A stretch of DNA of 64,000 bases. Origin: Octopus vulgaris (Eukaryota). Of this stretch, positions 26,250 through 40,918 are shown piece after piece. Where the stretch lies: assembly GCA_951406725.2 (NCBI GenBank), contig OX597826.1, positions 7,564,001-7,628,000 on the forward strand, written 5' to 3'. The translations under genes and the position numbers were made by a program. Positions within the stretch are counted from its first letter, which is position 1. Every line of letters starts with the position of its first letter. The notes beneath the pieces were generated by a model. It searched no databases and was not told the origin of the DNA. It worked only from the letters and a program-made list of their open reading frames with translations.

Positions 26250-26560
26250 AATTTTTCTGCTTGTCAAGCGGATCTCCCTGACCTTCGCTCTCATAAATAT
26301 TCCTTTGTGCTTCTTGCACGATAGCTAGTGAAGGGCCTCGATTAGAAACATCTTCCTTATAGCGATCTGACATCTTTCTTGTCCAAGACAGGATTCCTTT
26401 GCTTGAATCTTTAACCACCTAGTGCAGTTGTTAGACGAATTCTTGTATGAGAGGAGCGTTAGGATTGCCTCATGTATTCCTTCCTGTCGGCCGCGGTTTC
26501 CTAATTTCTGTTGCAGCTTCCATTACGCTCTCTAAAGCCGTTCACTGCTAACCAAAATAT
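26250..26560 (-). pseudogene. Probable degenerate Tc1/mariner transposase N-terminal (HTH) remnant
   Basis: Frameshifted minus-strand pieces HEAILTLLS...RWLKI, DRYKEDVS and MRAKVREIRLTSRKI resemble the Tc1-type 'R.AI..L...I.R.LK...RYKE.GS...IR.KVRRNP..S.RK' pattern. Confidence 0.4.
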
Positions 26561-26774
26561 TACATTGTTCCTGTAAAAAGGAAACGTAAAAAATTGTTAA
26601 AAATACTTACATACACACATATATGGATTTTGATTGATTCTAGTTTCAGCTAACGAGCTGTGGCCATGCTAGGGCACCGCCATACATACATACATGCATA
26701 TATACACATATATATATAGATATATATAAACAAATATATATGTGTATATATGTTTGTGTACGTATGTATATATA

Positions 26775-26826
<52 letters not shown>

Positions 26827-27179
26827 AATCAAGGAACGGCCATAATAGGCCATTCACCCACTAGAAATAACAGCCAAAAGCTTTAACCGCAAAATAACAT
26901 TAATACCGTAAACCAGGAGAAAATTGAAAAACTTTTACCCTGTAATTTCTTAGACGATGCACCGTTTCATCTACCGTTTAATGGTAAACTAACCTGATTA
27001 AATTAAATCAAGCCAATCCACCATAGGCCCTTAGACTCATCAGTAAGAAATAGCCAAATCGGAACAGATATTTTTCACGAGGCATTCCTCTTGCTACCTC
27101 GGCAATATCTGACCTAAAATTTTCAAATCGTCGCACTCGCGCCAAAGAATTCTACAAAATTTTTGCCACCCTATATTGA

Positions 27180-27286
<107 letters not shown>

Positions 27287-27420
27287 ATAGAAAAATACTG
27301 TGTACATTTGAACACATAAAAGATGACCATAATAGGACATCTGATTCACTAGAAAGAGCAGTTAAAACTCGAAGCCACTAATAGTTGCAATTCTGAAAAG
27401 GAATGACAAATAAAAATATT

Positions 27421-27496
<76 letters not shown>

Positions 27497-28026
27497 ACAC
27501 GTGTGCGTGTGTGTGTCTGTGTGTATGTGTGTACATACCTAAAAAGCAGAATGGAAATCCATGCTACATAACGGGACAAACTGACGCCATTTTGCAAATG
27601 ACGGCGTCACTTCACTGAATACTTTCGTGTTGTGCGTCGCGAATAACATTTGGTATGAATTAATTTTAACCGTATTATACAAGAAATCGGATCGCTAAAA
27701 TAATTATTGATGTGTTTCCAGTCTCAAATATAATATCATATAAAATGCGTGTCTGTACATGCGTGTGTATGACACGTGCTAAGATTTCTGGAGTAAATAA
27801 CTACGAGCTTGATAATATGAATTCGGTATTAACCTAGAAGGAGTCGAATATGATACAAGTAGCTTCTAAATTTATCAATGATCCACCGTTCCACCTAATG
27901 AATAATGAACAAATGTAGTATTGTGTGTGAAGCGTATGAAACGTACGGCTGTGTATGAATGTGAGCGTAATGTAAAGGATGGAATATGCTGAAATATGTT
28001 TGATATATTCCGTTAGAAAATTTCTC

Positions 28027-28412
28027 TCTATATAAAGCTGAAGTTGTCTGTGTATGGCAGGTTTTGTAGCCTTCAACTAGCACTATCTTCTCTGAGACCC
28101 TGCGGCGCAAGTTGACCAAAATTGAGAGTATGATAGAAGAAGGCTTGCTCTTCTATCCGTAGAAGAAAAAATTCAAATCGGACCTTGTTAAGACCAAAAA
28201 TTATTTACATCAAAAAGGCGCTTTTTTTCTATGAATATCCCAATTTTTTACCATGTTTGGACTGCTGTGTCGCCATTTTTCGGTGTATTTCAACCAGAAA
28301 AATGTTCACTTAAAGAGAATAACAAGCTACATAATGCAAAATGTTTACCTTCCAAAAATTCCAATTCTAAAGGGTCGAAACAAACCCGAGCAACGCCGGG
28401 CGATACTGCTAG
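28027..28412 (+). mobile_element. Non-autonomous Helitron
   Basis: 5' TCTATATAAAG. The 3' end has the GC-rich hairpin-like CCCGAGCAACGCCGGG (28385-28400), followed 8 nt later by CTAG|T. Confidence 0.82.
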
Positions 28413-28477
28413 TACATGATAAAATACATTTATACATGATGATGATAGTGATATAACGCAAGAAAGGGACATAACTC

Positions 28478-28481
<4 letters not shown>

Positions 28482-28542
<61 letters not shown>
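28482..28542. repeat. (CT)n microsatellite
   Basis: Seen directly. Confidence 0.95.
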
Positions 28543-28546
<4 letters not shown>

Positions 28547-29449
28547 TTTGGTTAATGTAAAAAGGCGAGACGAAGAGAATAGGATTTCAAATGAAAACTT
28601 TGGTATTCTTAACTATCGATACGAATTACAACGTATTGGTTCTACGCAACAAACCGATTAAGCATTTCAATATATTTAAATTATTAATGTTTGGAGTAGT
28701 GGTTATGAATTGGTAGATTCGTTAAAGATACTTTTAGAATGCTTCGTTTTATTGGAGTGGAATTGGAACTCTCGAACAAGTGCGGTGCGATGGATTAGCA
28801 GATGTATAATAATGTCGAACGGCTTGGTAGCGGTATCTGTTTCGGCTGTGTTCCGAGTTGGAACCTCGCTATGGCCTTCCTGAGGGGAGCATCATGGAAC
28901 TATTTAGCACCAACGTCTGTCACCTTGGAGGCGCTTAGTGGAGTCCATTTTGTTGCCAGCATTCAGGCCAGCGCTCCGGTTCGACGATACCGTCTTCCCT
29001 CTCTTCAAACAGTGACTGATCTCCTGTAAAGAGTCATGTACACTGTATTAAATGATTAGAAAAATACATGTAGTGATAATAGTCGATTCCGATACAAGCG
29101 TTTTTGCCCAGCTATTTGAACGTCCGTGATTCGATGCTGACTTATTTGACATCAGACATTTTAATGTTCTTCTCATTCTCTGCTTCCCATTTCATTCACT
29201 CTATGTGAATATGTGTATATTCCTGCGTGCATGTGTGATTGAGGGGTGAGCAGGTGGGTGCACGTGCGTGGGCGTGTGTGTTTGACACCAGTGCCAAGAA
29301 AATGCTCAATGTCCAGTCAGAGCTACCCCTAATCGTCTTAGTCTGGAGTCTGTTTGAGTGAATTTCAATGAAGTAAATTATAATTATATTTCCGTTATAT
29401 TTTGATAATAAACTCTTCGTAGTTGATCCTGTGTGTGTATATATATATG

Positions 29450-29485
<36 letters not shown>

Positions 29486-31552
29486 CTGAAGTGCAAAGGT
29501 TAATTCTGCATATAATTTTTATAAGTTTGAAAATATGAGGAAAAATATGAGAAAACTCAATTATGTTTCAAATATCTAATTGAATGACCTAAGAGAATAA
29601 ATATAAGAAAAGACATCTATGTTTCATAAAATATTTAATTGGACGTCTTACGTGGGTAGCAATCAAAAATAAATTTATGAAGCATTAAAGTAAAATATGA
29701 GAAACTAGATTGACTGCAGGAGTGAACATATATTATCATATAAATTTTTCGAAATATTAAATTGAACCATAATTATTTAACTACTGTAGTGTTTGATATA
29801 TTACTAGATTTTATTACATTTGAAGACGTTTCTGAAAGAAATTGGCAGATAAAATATATATGTATCTGAATGGATAATAACTATTGAAATAGTGTTGCAT
29901 GAAAGCTCAAAAGAAACAGTATCGCAGCTAATATATGAAAGAATGATTTGGTTATTAGATACGAGATATATATGAGTGCGTTTGACTTAATGATATCATT
30001 ATCAAATGGTATTTCCTTGTCCACATGACTTAATATAAGAATTAATGCGAAATAACTATTGTTTGAATCGACCTAGAGGAGCCTCTTTTAATAACAAGGA
30101 CTGTTAAAATTTTAAATTGTAATAACCTGGTATTCGTTTGTTCTGTAATCACAGAAGTGTATAAGCTTCTATTTATCACTGGATCAGGAGAAATGAGAAG
30201 TCTACAGGAAGCCGACATATAAAATCAAGATGGTAAAGTTTTAATGGCGGATATCGAAGGACTCGACATCTACTCGGCCGTGTATGCTCTGTTGTTGTAG
30301 AAACGTTCCAGTGTAGTTCTGAAGTGGTTCGACTCCAAACAGGAACGTGGAAGAGTCTAAATACTTTCTTTGACACTTTGTAAAGATTTTCTATCGCCGT
30401 CTCGCAAATCGGTGAGCTTGTTGTCGTTAATGTTTCATTTAAACATTAATCTACACCGACATGAAAGATATGAGATGGGAGGGGATTACAAAAAGCTGAC
30501 ATTAGAGAAAGGACTGAGTATAGAGATTTGCGAGGGAACTGGAGAGGAAATTCAGAAATCTTTGAGAAGCAGTAGAAAGGTAGATATAAGAAACGGTCCC
30601 CCTCTGAGCCAGGAGTGGGATCGTGTCAGTGTGGATGCAACGTAGGATGACTGTGTACGCAGCAATAACACCACCATTGCAGATACGAGAGCAACACCCT
30701 GAGGTGAACCTTACAGTGTGTTTTACATTAACACATAAACGCTTATGAATGAAAAGATGATTATGGATAACTAGTTTAAAACCAGATTGTAACAATTATG
30801 ACAGTTGTGAACATGGACTGCCTACATGATGTAATAATGTTGGGAAGGATATTTTTATTCTTGTTATCCGTATGTAAAACCTCACTGAAACTGAATGCAG
30901 CGGAGCTTACATACACGCTCGTGCAATTTACTCAAAACAGACAAACTAAATCCCTTTTAAATACCTTTCTATCGTTTAAAAAATGGTCATATATCTTGTT
31001 TAACTAACACTACGTTATCTATATCAGAATAAAAGACGGACTGATCAAGGCTGGGACAGCTTTTATCATAAGGATACTACGAGTAGATTCTCCTTCGACT
31101 AAATGTCAACAAAACCTTAATCTAAAATGTGTTATCAATTCAAATGAAAGCAGCGAACTGGCAGAATCGTTACTGCATCGGTCAAAATGCTTAGTGTTAT
31201 TTCTTCCGACTTTAGATTCTGAATTCATATCCCACCAGGGTCGACATTTCCTATCATTTTTCAGGGTGGATAAAGTAAGTACCAGTTGAGTGCTGGGAGC
31301 GACGTAATAGATTAACCCCTTCCCCAAAATTGCTAACCTTGTATCACAATGTAAAACTATAATTTTTCTCAATAGAGCAGTGAACTGGCGGGCAACATGG
31401 TCAGCAGTATTTTCATCCGTCTTTACCAGTCGAAGAATGAGCTCAGAGAAATCGACGTAATTCCCTCGCACCTGGAATTACTGGCCTTGTGCTAAAACGT
31501 TAAACTAATATAATTCATCCATATGTCACAACTAATGGAATTGTGCACATAA

Positions 31553-31940
31553 GGCGCAGGAGTGGCTCTGTGGTAAGTAGCTTGCTTATCAACCAAATGG
31601 TTCCGGGTTCAGACCCACTGCGTGGCATCTTGGGCAAGTGTTTTCTACTATAGCCTCGGGCCAACCAAAGCCCTGTGAGTGGAATTGGTAGACAGAAACT
31701 GAAAGAAGCCCCACGTATATATGTATATATATATGTGTGTGCGTGTGTGTTTGTTCCCCCAACATCGCTTGACAACCGATGGTGGTGTATTTACGCCCCC
31801 GGTTCGGCAAAAGAGACCGATACAATAAGTACTAGGCTTACAAAGAATAAGTCCTGGGGTCGATTTGCTCGACTAGAGGCTGTGCTCCAGCATGGGCCGC
31901 AGTCAAATATGTCTGAAACAAGAAAAAGAGTAAAAGAGTA
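31553..31940 (+). mobile_element. SINE family A
   Basis: Head GGCGCAGGAGTGGCTCTGTGG, box GGTTCAGACCC, CORE/V-like CTTGGGCAAGTG, and AAAAGAGT tail. Confidence 0.92.
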
Positions 31941-32496
31941 TAATTTTAACAATATCAAATTTGTGCGGGGCGGTATTTTTTTTATATTCTATTCCACACA
32001 AACGAAATTATGTAAAACGAATGCTATTATTCAGTTGTCTGCTGTCTAAAAGTATTTATTTAATTTTTTTTTGTATGTTTTCACTGTTATTTGCTTTCAA
32101 AGTAATGAAGTTGTTTGTCTTGCATTGCTTGCAGGCCGTGCTTAGTTATCAATCTCACACAGTATTTCTCAGCAACTAATTACAACATGGTGGTTACTAT
32201 TAAATGTGCTTGTGATTAATTCGTTGAAATAAAGGTGATTTTATATCAGTTGACGTGTTTCCGGTTTATATATCGACAGTCATTCGCAACTTATCCAGCT
32301 GCTATAGCAAACAGTCATAAGTATTGCACAAGATACGGCTTGCAGAAGCAATTTAATGGTTTATAGAACAAACCAGAACATTTATTCAGCGTTAGAAATG
32401 ACACAAACAAAATTTGAAGTAATGAATCATATTATATCAAACGACATTGATTAAACATCTTTTTGGGTGTACGCGCGTTTCCTTGTACAGATGGCA

Positions 32497-32594
<98 letters not shown>

Positions 32595-32599
32595 TTATA

Positions 32600-32631
<32 letters not shown>

Positions 32632-32634
<3 letters not shown>

Positions 32635-32800
32635 GAGCAAAACACACCCCCAGTGCTGAGTTGTCAAACATTTAAACCAAATTTTCTGAAAACAACTTGT
32701 CCGACCGTCCCATAGGCCTCCCTTTTGAGAAACGCTGATTTAACCTAAATTTGAGACACCAGCAAAAGAAGAAATAAAGATAAACTTTTTTCTATTCCCA
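32632..32800 (-). mobile_element. Partial copy of the 11215 Helitron-like family
   Basis: Shares GTCAAACATTTAAACCAAATTTTCT and CTGATTTAACCTAAATTTGAGACACCAG with 11290-11370. Confidence 0.8.
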
Positions 32801-32825
32801 AATATCAAATTGAATATTTATATAG

Positions 32826-32880
<55 letters not shown>

Positions 32881-33572
32881 TGTATTTGTGTACCGGTTTG
32901 TTACAAGCTTGCTACAAGTTTATATGTTTGGAGCATATTTGGACCTTTAGAAAGCCAATTACCGTATTTTGTCATGGATAAAATTTTCCCCTATAGACAA
33001 ATACGTGGAACCACACCAAAACAGTTCGAAGTTCCCTCTAACCAGAGTGATAGTCGCATCTATTTCGGAGGGTTTTTTTTCCCCCACTTCAGCATCAGAT
33101 AACGGAAAGAGGACCTCTAGCAGCTGACAAGAAAAGATGGATATCTTTTATTATATTTCAGTCATTGTACTGTGACTGGTTGCGCTAACGGCTGTAAATA
33201 TAAATCGGTAGTAGAAGCGCTAAGCAGTGATGGGTATAAAGACAAACTTGAGATAAGAGATATCCATCGTCGCTTGTCAGTTCGTAGCGTTCATCTTTCC
33301 GGTATCCGATACTAAGGGGAGATTACCCCAACAAAATGCATCAATCAATCAGCCATGTTACAGGCCGCTTCGAATTGATTTCGTGTGTTTAGACCTATTT
33401 CTCTACAAGTGACAAATTTTCTTCATGACAAAATACAGCGAATGGTTTTCTTACGACTACAAATGAATGTGCTCCAAGCACACGTGAACGTGCAACAAGT
33501 TTGAATATAAAGCGTATATATATATATGCGAACATACACACACACGTGCCTGCGTGTGTCTGTATGTGTGTA

Positions 33573-33617
<45 letters not shown>

Positions 33618-33758
33618 GCATATATATATATATATATGTAAGTATATATATATATATGTATATATATATGTGTATATATGTATGTATATATGTGTATATA
33701 TATGTATATATGTATATATATGTACAGTATGTATGTATGTATGTATATATATATATAA

Positions 33759-33812
<54 letters not shown>

Positions 33813-33885
33813 GTATATATATGTATATATATATATATGTATATATGTATATATATGTATGTATGTATATATATATATATATATG

Positions 33886-33935
<50 letters not shown>

Positions 33936-34059
33936 AATAATACACTCAAATATACATACATGTATATACGTATGTATGCTGTATACACACACACACACTT
34001 ATATATATATATATATATAATACTCATGCACATACGTATTCAGTACTTTCATTGGCAGC

Positions 34060-34093
<34 letters not shown>

Positions 34094-34416
34094 TGAGGTA
34101 TATATACCTGAATTTAGTTCTTAAACTTCGTAAATGTATTGCAAGAACATATTCTATAGAACTAGTTGAAAGTTACACCAGTAAACACAATCCACCAAAT
34201 TTTCCATATAAACCAAAAGTAATACATCTACAGATTCACTTAATGGACTCTCTAAACGAGTTGGGTCTAGCAATTCTAGAGAAAGCGATATAGTTTTTCT
34301 TATAAGTGATATAACTTTGTGTGTATATAACATTTTTTTATAACATTACTTTGCCATTGAAACATCAGAGTATGCGTATATACACATCAACAATGTATAC
34401 TTACTTGAATGAATAT

Positions 34417-34491
<75 letters not shown>

Positions 34492-34511
34492 TATATACAT
34501 ATATATACATG

Positions 34512-34550
<39 letters not shown>

Positions 34551-34634
34551 TATTTAGAAATATGCATATTATATATGCATATTATATATGCATATAAATA
34601 TATGTATGCACATGCGTATATACATATAAGTATG

Positions 34635-34694
<60 letters not shown>

Positions 34695-34704
34695 GACATA
34701 TGTG

Positions 34705-34737
<33 letters not shown>

Positions 34738-35077
34738 CTATGTATGCATTGATCCACCTATTTATTTATCTCTTATTTCGCTTTCAATTTTGTGTCAGTT
34801 TGCTTGTTTGTATGTAAATGTTTATATGTGTAAGTGTATATTTGCGTGTATATGTGTGTGCGTGTGTCTGGGTGTATGTCTGGTTGTATTTATGTGTGTG
34901 TGTGTGCATGGCTTTCTTTGTATTTGCGTATGTGCGCGTAACGATGTGGACGTGCGTGCAGCCACCTGTCTACATGTATATGTGTGTGATAAGTAGATTT
35001 TATCAGCCACACTTACATGTTTCATTCTGCCGGATCCGTACTGATAAGATTGCATACATCATCCATTCTATGGTACC

Positions 35078-35109
<32 letters not shown>

Positions 35110-35371
35110 TGTGTGTGCACGCGTGTCTACGTATGTGTCCTTGTGTGAGCGAATATAATTGGTCAATTCTCAGCAACTTCGCAATGTGACAGATCGTAAT
35201 TAGATGCCTACTTGTGCCGCACCTTGCTGTGTTGTAATCTGTTGGTGGATTCATTAGTAAGTATTTCATTTCTAAATGTTATATCTCCGTCGCTGTCTGT
35301 CTCTCTCTTTCTCCCTCCCTCTCTCTCCTCTCTCTCTCTCTCCCTGTCTCTGTCTCTGTCTCTATCTCTCT

Positions 35372-35416
<45 letters not shown>

Positions 35417-35456
35417 TATATATATACATATATTCAAATATAAATATATAAATACA

Positions 35457-35488
<32 letters not shown>

Positions 35489-35595
35489 CATATACACACA
35501 CATATATATATATGCACATATATATATACATACACACATGAATATATATATAAATATATACATATATACATATATAAATACATATATATACATAT

Positions 35596-35643
<48 letters not shown>

Positions 35644-37003
35644 GAGTGACTATGTGTACATATGTCAATGCAAGTAGACACAAGCATGTGCATATTCAAA
35701 TGTATGTATGTGTGTATGTATGTACGCATGTATGTATGTGTGTATGTATGTATAGATGTATGTGAATTTGTCTTTGCGATAGAATACCTGAAGACAAATA
35801 TCGGCCGTCAAAATCCTCTCTAATAAAATAAATGAAGTTATATAAGGAAAAGAAAGATCTGCATATAGTCACTACTACATTACTACACATCTTCAATGAC
35901 ACAAGATTGAGACAGCACACATGAGATTTAATTAGAATTTTCAGCCAAGAATTTACTTAACTGTCTTCTTATATCTCAGATTTTCTTCTCTTCAGTTTTA
36001 AACAATATTGCCGGCTAGCTGGTTGGCCGAAATTTCTAGTCAGAAGTACTCTTCAGCTAATTACCCGGCTCCATTCTTTGTAAACTTCTATAAGAACGTG
36101 GAAGCGCTTCGGAACTTACACAAATTAAATATACTATTCTCTCTCAACTGTTGCATACCTGAACATGCTCTTGAAAATCTGTATCACTTACTTGCCTTCA
36201 AATCTTATTTGATTTTCAAAGCTGAGGTGACGTTTGTATATCTTGTCCCCTCAACTTGAATGCACACAGCTCTCAAGTTTTCAAGAACACCTCAATTTCC
36301 CATCATGGATTTATTTTGCCATACAGACTGGTAAATCCTTGAAATCTTTCTTAATTACATACTAATTATCGATGGCAGAAAATGTGCTAGCTTCGTAATC
36401 AATTCGAAAAGTTTCCGTTATTCATTGTACAAAGTTTTGAATTATTTACCGTCTTCGATGTTAACGTAAGTCTTTCTATAAACTGATTTGAAAGGTGAAG
36501 TTTTTGAACGGAATATTTTTAATAGTTTTAGTCAGTCTGAAGGGATTGTGTCTAAGACATTCATAGTCTATGTGTAACAGTTCGTAGTTCTTCAGCCTAA
36601 ACGTCTCTAAGTCATCGTTCGTAGGAAACTATTGAACAGGAAGGAATTTTCGAATTCTAGAATTTTTATAATATATTGTTGGAAGGATGTTGCAAAGTGG
36701 GCATTTCGATGTTTGAGAAACACAGATTTCCTAAGGGTCAGGGAAATTGGTGTAGCGGATAATCTTCAGCAGGGATGATATGAGATATCTGGCTACGGAG
36801 TGCATACACTGTTAAAGTAGCATCAAATGTTCGAGTGTATTGATGAGTCAATCCTACTAATCAAGTACTCTATCTTCAAACTATCGGATAAAACTTAATT
36901 GTATGCCATATTATATTTGCTAAATAGTGGCACCATTCCCATGGCAGGAGTGCTCCTTTGCGAACTTCTGCTGGACTGTTTAGTAAGTCAAAATCTGAAC
37001 GGA

Positions 37004-37062
<59 letters not shown>
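37004..37062. repeat. (ATT)n microsatellite
   Basis: Seen directly. Confidence 0.95.
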
Positions 37063-38004
37063 CATCTACATACAAAAGAGCGGGGTGGTATTTGTTGTCG
37101 TAGATCTGTTATGTTATGAATATAAGTCGTCATCAGAAATCATCAATTTTAATGATGCCTAATACTCGGAGCAATTTCCAGAGTTTCACCTGTGAGTTAT
37201 TGAGGATCAGAGGGGTTGAGAATCCTTTTCTTAATATGAAACGTGACTTTCTGTTTCCTTCGTTAATTGAAGATCAGATGTTACGCCTCAGTTAGAAATT
37301 TATCCTCGTGAAAGTAATGTAGATTTTTTTTGTAAGTTTTTATTGTTGTAGGAAGACAATACCTGTGCAAGAGATGAAAGGTGGGGTGCCGCAAATTGTG
37401 TCGTTATTTGAATTGAGGCTTTCTATTCGGGCAGTATAGTCAGTTCTATGGCTGACTAACTGAGAGAGCCAAAACCCAAAAGTGATCTTATTGGTCTTAA
37501 ATTGATCGGAAATCTTTTGCAGATGGCATGTACACCTGATGATGCAACTAGTGTATTGAACAAAGAAATTATTTACGGAATTTTGTCTACTAAACAACTC
37601 GACATTTGAATTTAAACTTAAAATATTTTTTTACGCAGCAGTACTGTGTCTATATTCATCACCTGGGAGTTGTTATTGCGAAAAATGAGAGATGGCTTTG
37701 AAGAAAAGGACAGAAGGAACCACTTCTACTTCACAGGCAACGTAGAATTCAAGATTTTTTTAATGTCAGTGACACCGAGACCGCAGGTTCATTATGAAAC
37801 TATCTCACCCAATTCAGAGAGTTTCATATTTATTTGGCACATTGTATACCTTATTTTAATGCTGTACCTAGGCAGTGCCTTATGTGTGAACTATTTAGAG
37901 GTTTGTGGTTATTAGATATGCTTTTGAGGAACGCTCGAATCAAAATTATTTTAAATGAGACAAAGAATAGAAAACAAAGAGTCTTTCTGAGTCGTATAGA
38001 CGAA

Positions 38005-38225
38005 TAGGACTGGTTTCCCGGTGTCGATGGCGTATAAACTCCCCATCTGGACTGGATGCTGGTCAGTCACAGTATTACTCATTTATCCCGGCGCTGAGTG
38101 GACTGGAGCAATGTAAAATGAAGTGTTTTGCGCAAGGATACAACATGTCGCCAGGCCCTGGAATCGAAATCACATTCTTACGATTCATGAGTCCAACACC
38201 CGACCCACTGAATCACGCGCCTCTA
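38005..38225 (-). mobile_element. SINE family E
   Basis: Reverse complement of the 58803 copy (CTGAGTGGACTGGAGCAA, GGAATCGAAA). Confidence 0.82.
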
Positions 38226-38814
38226 CCATCTGAATGAGAAGAGAAACTAAAAATAGCAATGATTCGACTCGACAGATGGTCTTCGGACGGAAATACGTAC
38301 AGAACTAGACGCATTAACAATCTGTCAGTAAATGAACTGAATATCTGGAAGATACGTTGATTGCAATAACGATATTGGTATATATAAACATTTTTATGAT
38401 TTCAAATGAAAAACTACGTCTGGAATAGCATAATATAAATATACTTGAATTAAATTACTATTTGTATTTATGACTAGTACAAGTACGACATGGCTACCGA
38501 GGATACTATGGGAGCTAAATGATATGGAAATACTTAACAGAATAAAAATGTCATTACATATATTCCAAGTTTAATAAAACTGTGCGCAGAATTTGAATTA
38601 CCAGCGTTGTGACGAATAATGAGTGAATACGCAAATTGATATTTTCTCAACAGAAATTGTACATTTACTTCATTCAACCTTCATATGGTGTGTTGAGTGT
38701 CTTCATAAAGCAGCCAAATCTTCCCAAATGACACTGTGCCTTCTTAAATGACAAAAGATACAATAGTAATTATTTATACCTATAAAATAATTGATCTAAC
38801 CGTTATAATGTATC

Positions 38815-39185
38815 TTTTACTTGTTTAAGTTATTGACCTGCAGTCAGGATGGGGCACAACTTTCAAGGGATTTTAGTTGCACAAATCGACGCTAGTGCCT
38901 ATTCTTTTAAACTTGATACTTATTCGACTAGCATGTGTTACCGAATCGCTCAGTCATGTGGACGTAAACAAACCAACGCCGTTGTGGTAGGTGAGGTAAC
39001 AATTCCGACACAAAGATAGACACCCACATATATGAAGGGCTTTCTGGCTACTAATTTCACTCATATGACATTGGTCAATCCTTGATTATAGTAGGAAACA
39101 ATTGTCTAATGGCCCAGTGCACGACGCAGTGGCAGTGAACCCGATAAGCAGTGGTTGCAAAGCATACATCAGAACCACCCAGCCG
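38815..39185 (-). mobile_element. Old family A-like SINE
   Basis: Degenerate but collinear similarity to family A. Similar relics at 52300-52515 and 57330-57782. Confidence 0.65.
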
Positions 39186-39289
39186 TATCAAATCAAAGTG
39201 GGAACACATTTGATCAAAACTGTACTCGAACACACGTGATCGAGGTATAAGTCACACAAACCAATAAACCCGTTTCAAGAGGCATTTCC

Positions 39290-39495
39290 TCTATATGATC
39301 CTATCAGAAACAACAGTTATTACATTTTCCGACGGGATTCCCAAAGAGCTCCAACTGAGACAACCACTATTATCCAGCCATCTCATACATGGTTTACCCC
39401 GAGGTCTCCTGTCTTTTTGTTCAACTTGAAGAGTCCATCTTGCGATTCTATCCTGTACCCGCCTAATCACATACTCAGAGTACTGAAAATGTGAT
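39290..39495 (-). mobile_element. RTE-clade LINE C-terminal fragment
   Basis: YVIRRVQDRIARWTLQVEQKDRRPRGKPCMRWLD matches the RTE 'HV.RM...R..R..L.....G.RPRGRP..RWLD' motif. Confidence 0.75.
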
Positions 39496-39584
39496 TTCTC
39501 AATGTAGAGAGGAAGCGGCTCGATCTGGCGAGACTCCACATGGTAATGGTTCAGCGCTAAAAAATTCGATCTCGTTCCTAATGT

Positions 39585-39902
39585 ATATTTCTTTGCTACC
39601 CACGAGTGGCTAAAGTCGACCTCGGCGGAATTTGAACTCAGAACGTAATGACAAACGAAATATCTATTTCTCTTTCTTTACTACCCACAAGGGGCTAAAC
39701 ACAGAGGGGACAAACAAGGACAGACAAACAAATAAAGTCGATTATATCGACCCCAGTGCGTAACTGGTACTTAATTTATCGACTCTGAAAGGATGAAAGG
39801 CAAAGTCGACCTCAGTGGAATTTGAACTCAGAACGTAACCGCAGACGAAATACAGCTACGCATTTCGCCCGGCGTGCTAACGTTTCTGCCAACTGGCCGC
39901 CT
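39585..39902 (-). mobile_element. SINE family C, partial dimer
   Basis: One full unit at 39665-39902 plus a deleted second unit joined at the GAAATA junction. Confidence 0.88.
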
Positions 39903-40747
39903 TTCATAATGTAGTTCGGTGATCTAAAAGCTGTAAATTTGGCTTACTATATAACTTACTTGCTAATATTATTTTTAAAAAAGAAACACTTATTTATATG
40001 GAAGGAAAATTAAATATTTTTTGTTATTATACTCGCTAGATGCAACGCAACGAATAATTCTGAATGTGCCAGCAATGTTGGATGTTGCGTCTTAGAGAAA
40101 TCGAAGATAGTGGGGACATTTTTCATAATAATGATGATACCGCAGACATTGCATGCTATATGTTTGCAGACAAAATATAATCTACATGCATGTGCCAGTT
40201 CGTATGTTTGTATGCAAACGCAAACGTATATGCATATATATATATGCACATACACACATGTATATGTGTATATATATATATATATACATAAAATAAACAT
40301 ACATTAATAATCTCTGACATACACATATATATATATACACATACACATACACATTAGCATAGGTATGTGTATACGTACATATATACCTACAAATATGTTT
40401 TACAGATACACACACACACAAGCACACATTCCCAGATATGTGTGCTAGTGTGAGATTGTGTGTGGTGTGTGGTGTGTGTGTGTGCGCGCCTGTGTGTGTG
40501 GGTTTGTGTGTGTTTATTGTTGCGATGTTGACCAGGTAAACTCTATATTTGTAAAGGTAATTTGTGGTGACAATTAAGTAATATTATTCGACAACTTCCT
40601 ACTTGTATGGCTTGATCGGAAAAAAATTGTGTAGCTTCGTCGTAGGTTACCTTAGTAGTAATGAACGAATCAGTAAATAAACAGAAATGTACATTTGTTG
40701 GCATGGAAATACAGAATTATTTCCATAAAATATATTCTATAGCAGGT

Positions 40748-40916
40748 ACTACGTCGGTTACGACGGTGATTGTTCCAGTTGAGCCGATCAAGAGAACATC
40801 TCTGCTCGTAGAATTAACATACAATTAGCTGACACTTCAAAGACACGCGTAGACTTAACACAGTTCTCACAAGGATTCAACGTAACAGACAATGTCACAA
40901 GGCCGGCCATTTGAAT
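40748..40916 (-). mobile_element. Degenerate F-type SINE tail
   Basis: Reads CGTCGGTTACGACG...GTTCCAGTTGA...ACAAGGCCGGCC. Confidence 0.7.
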
Positions 40917-40918
40917 TA

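Noticed and set aside
30370-30960. Possible Tc1-like transposase relic (also complex stretches at 36000-36900 and 47750-47960)
   Set aside because: Too degenerate to identify catalytic motifs or termini by eye.
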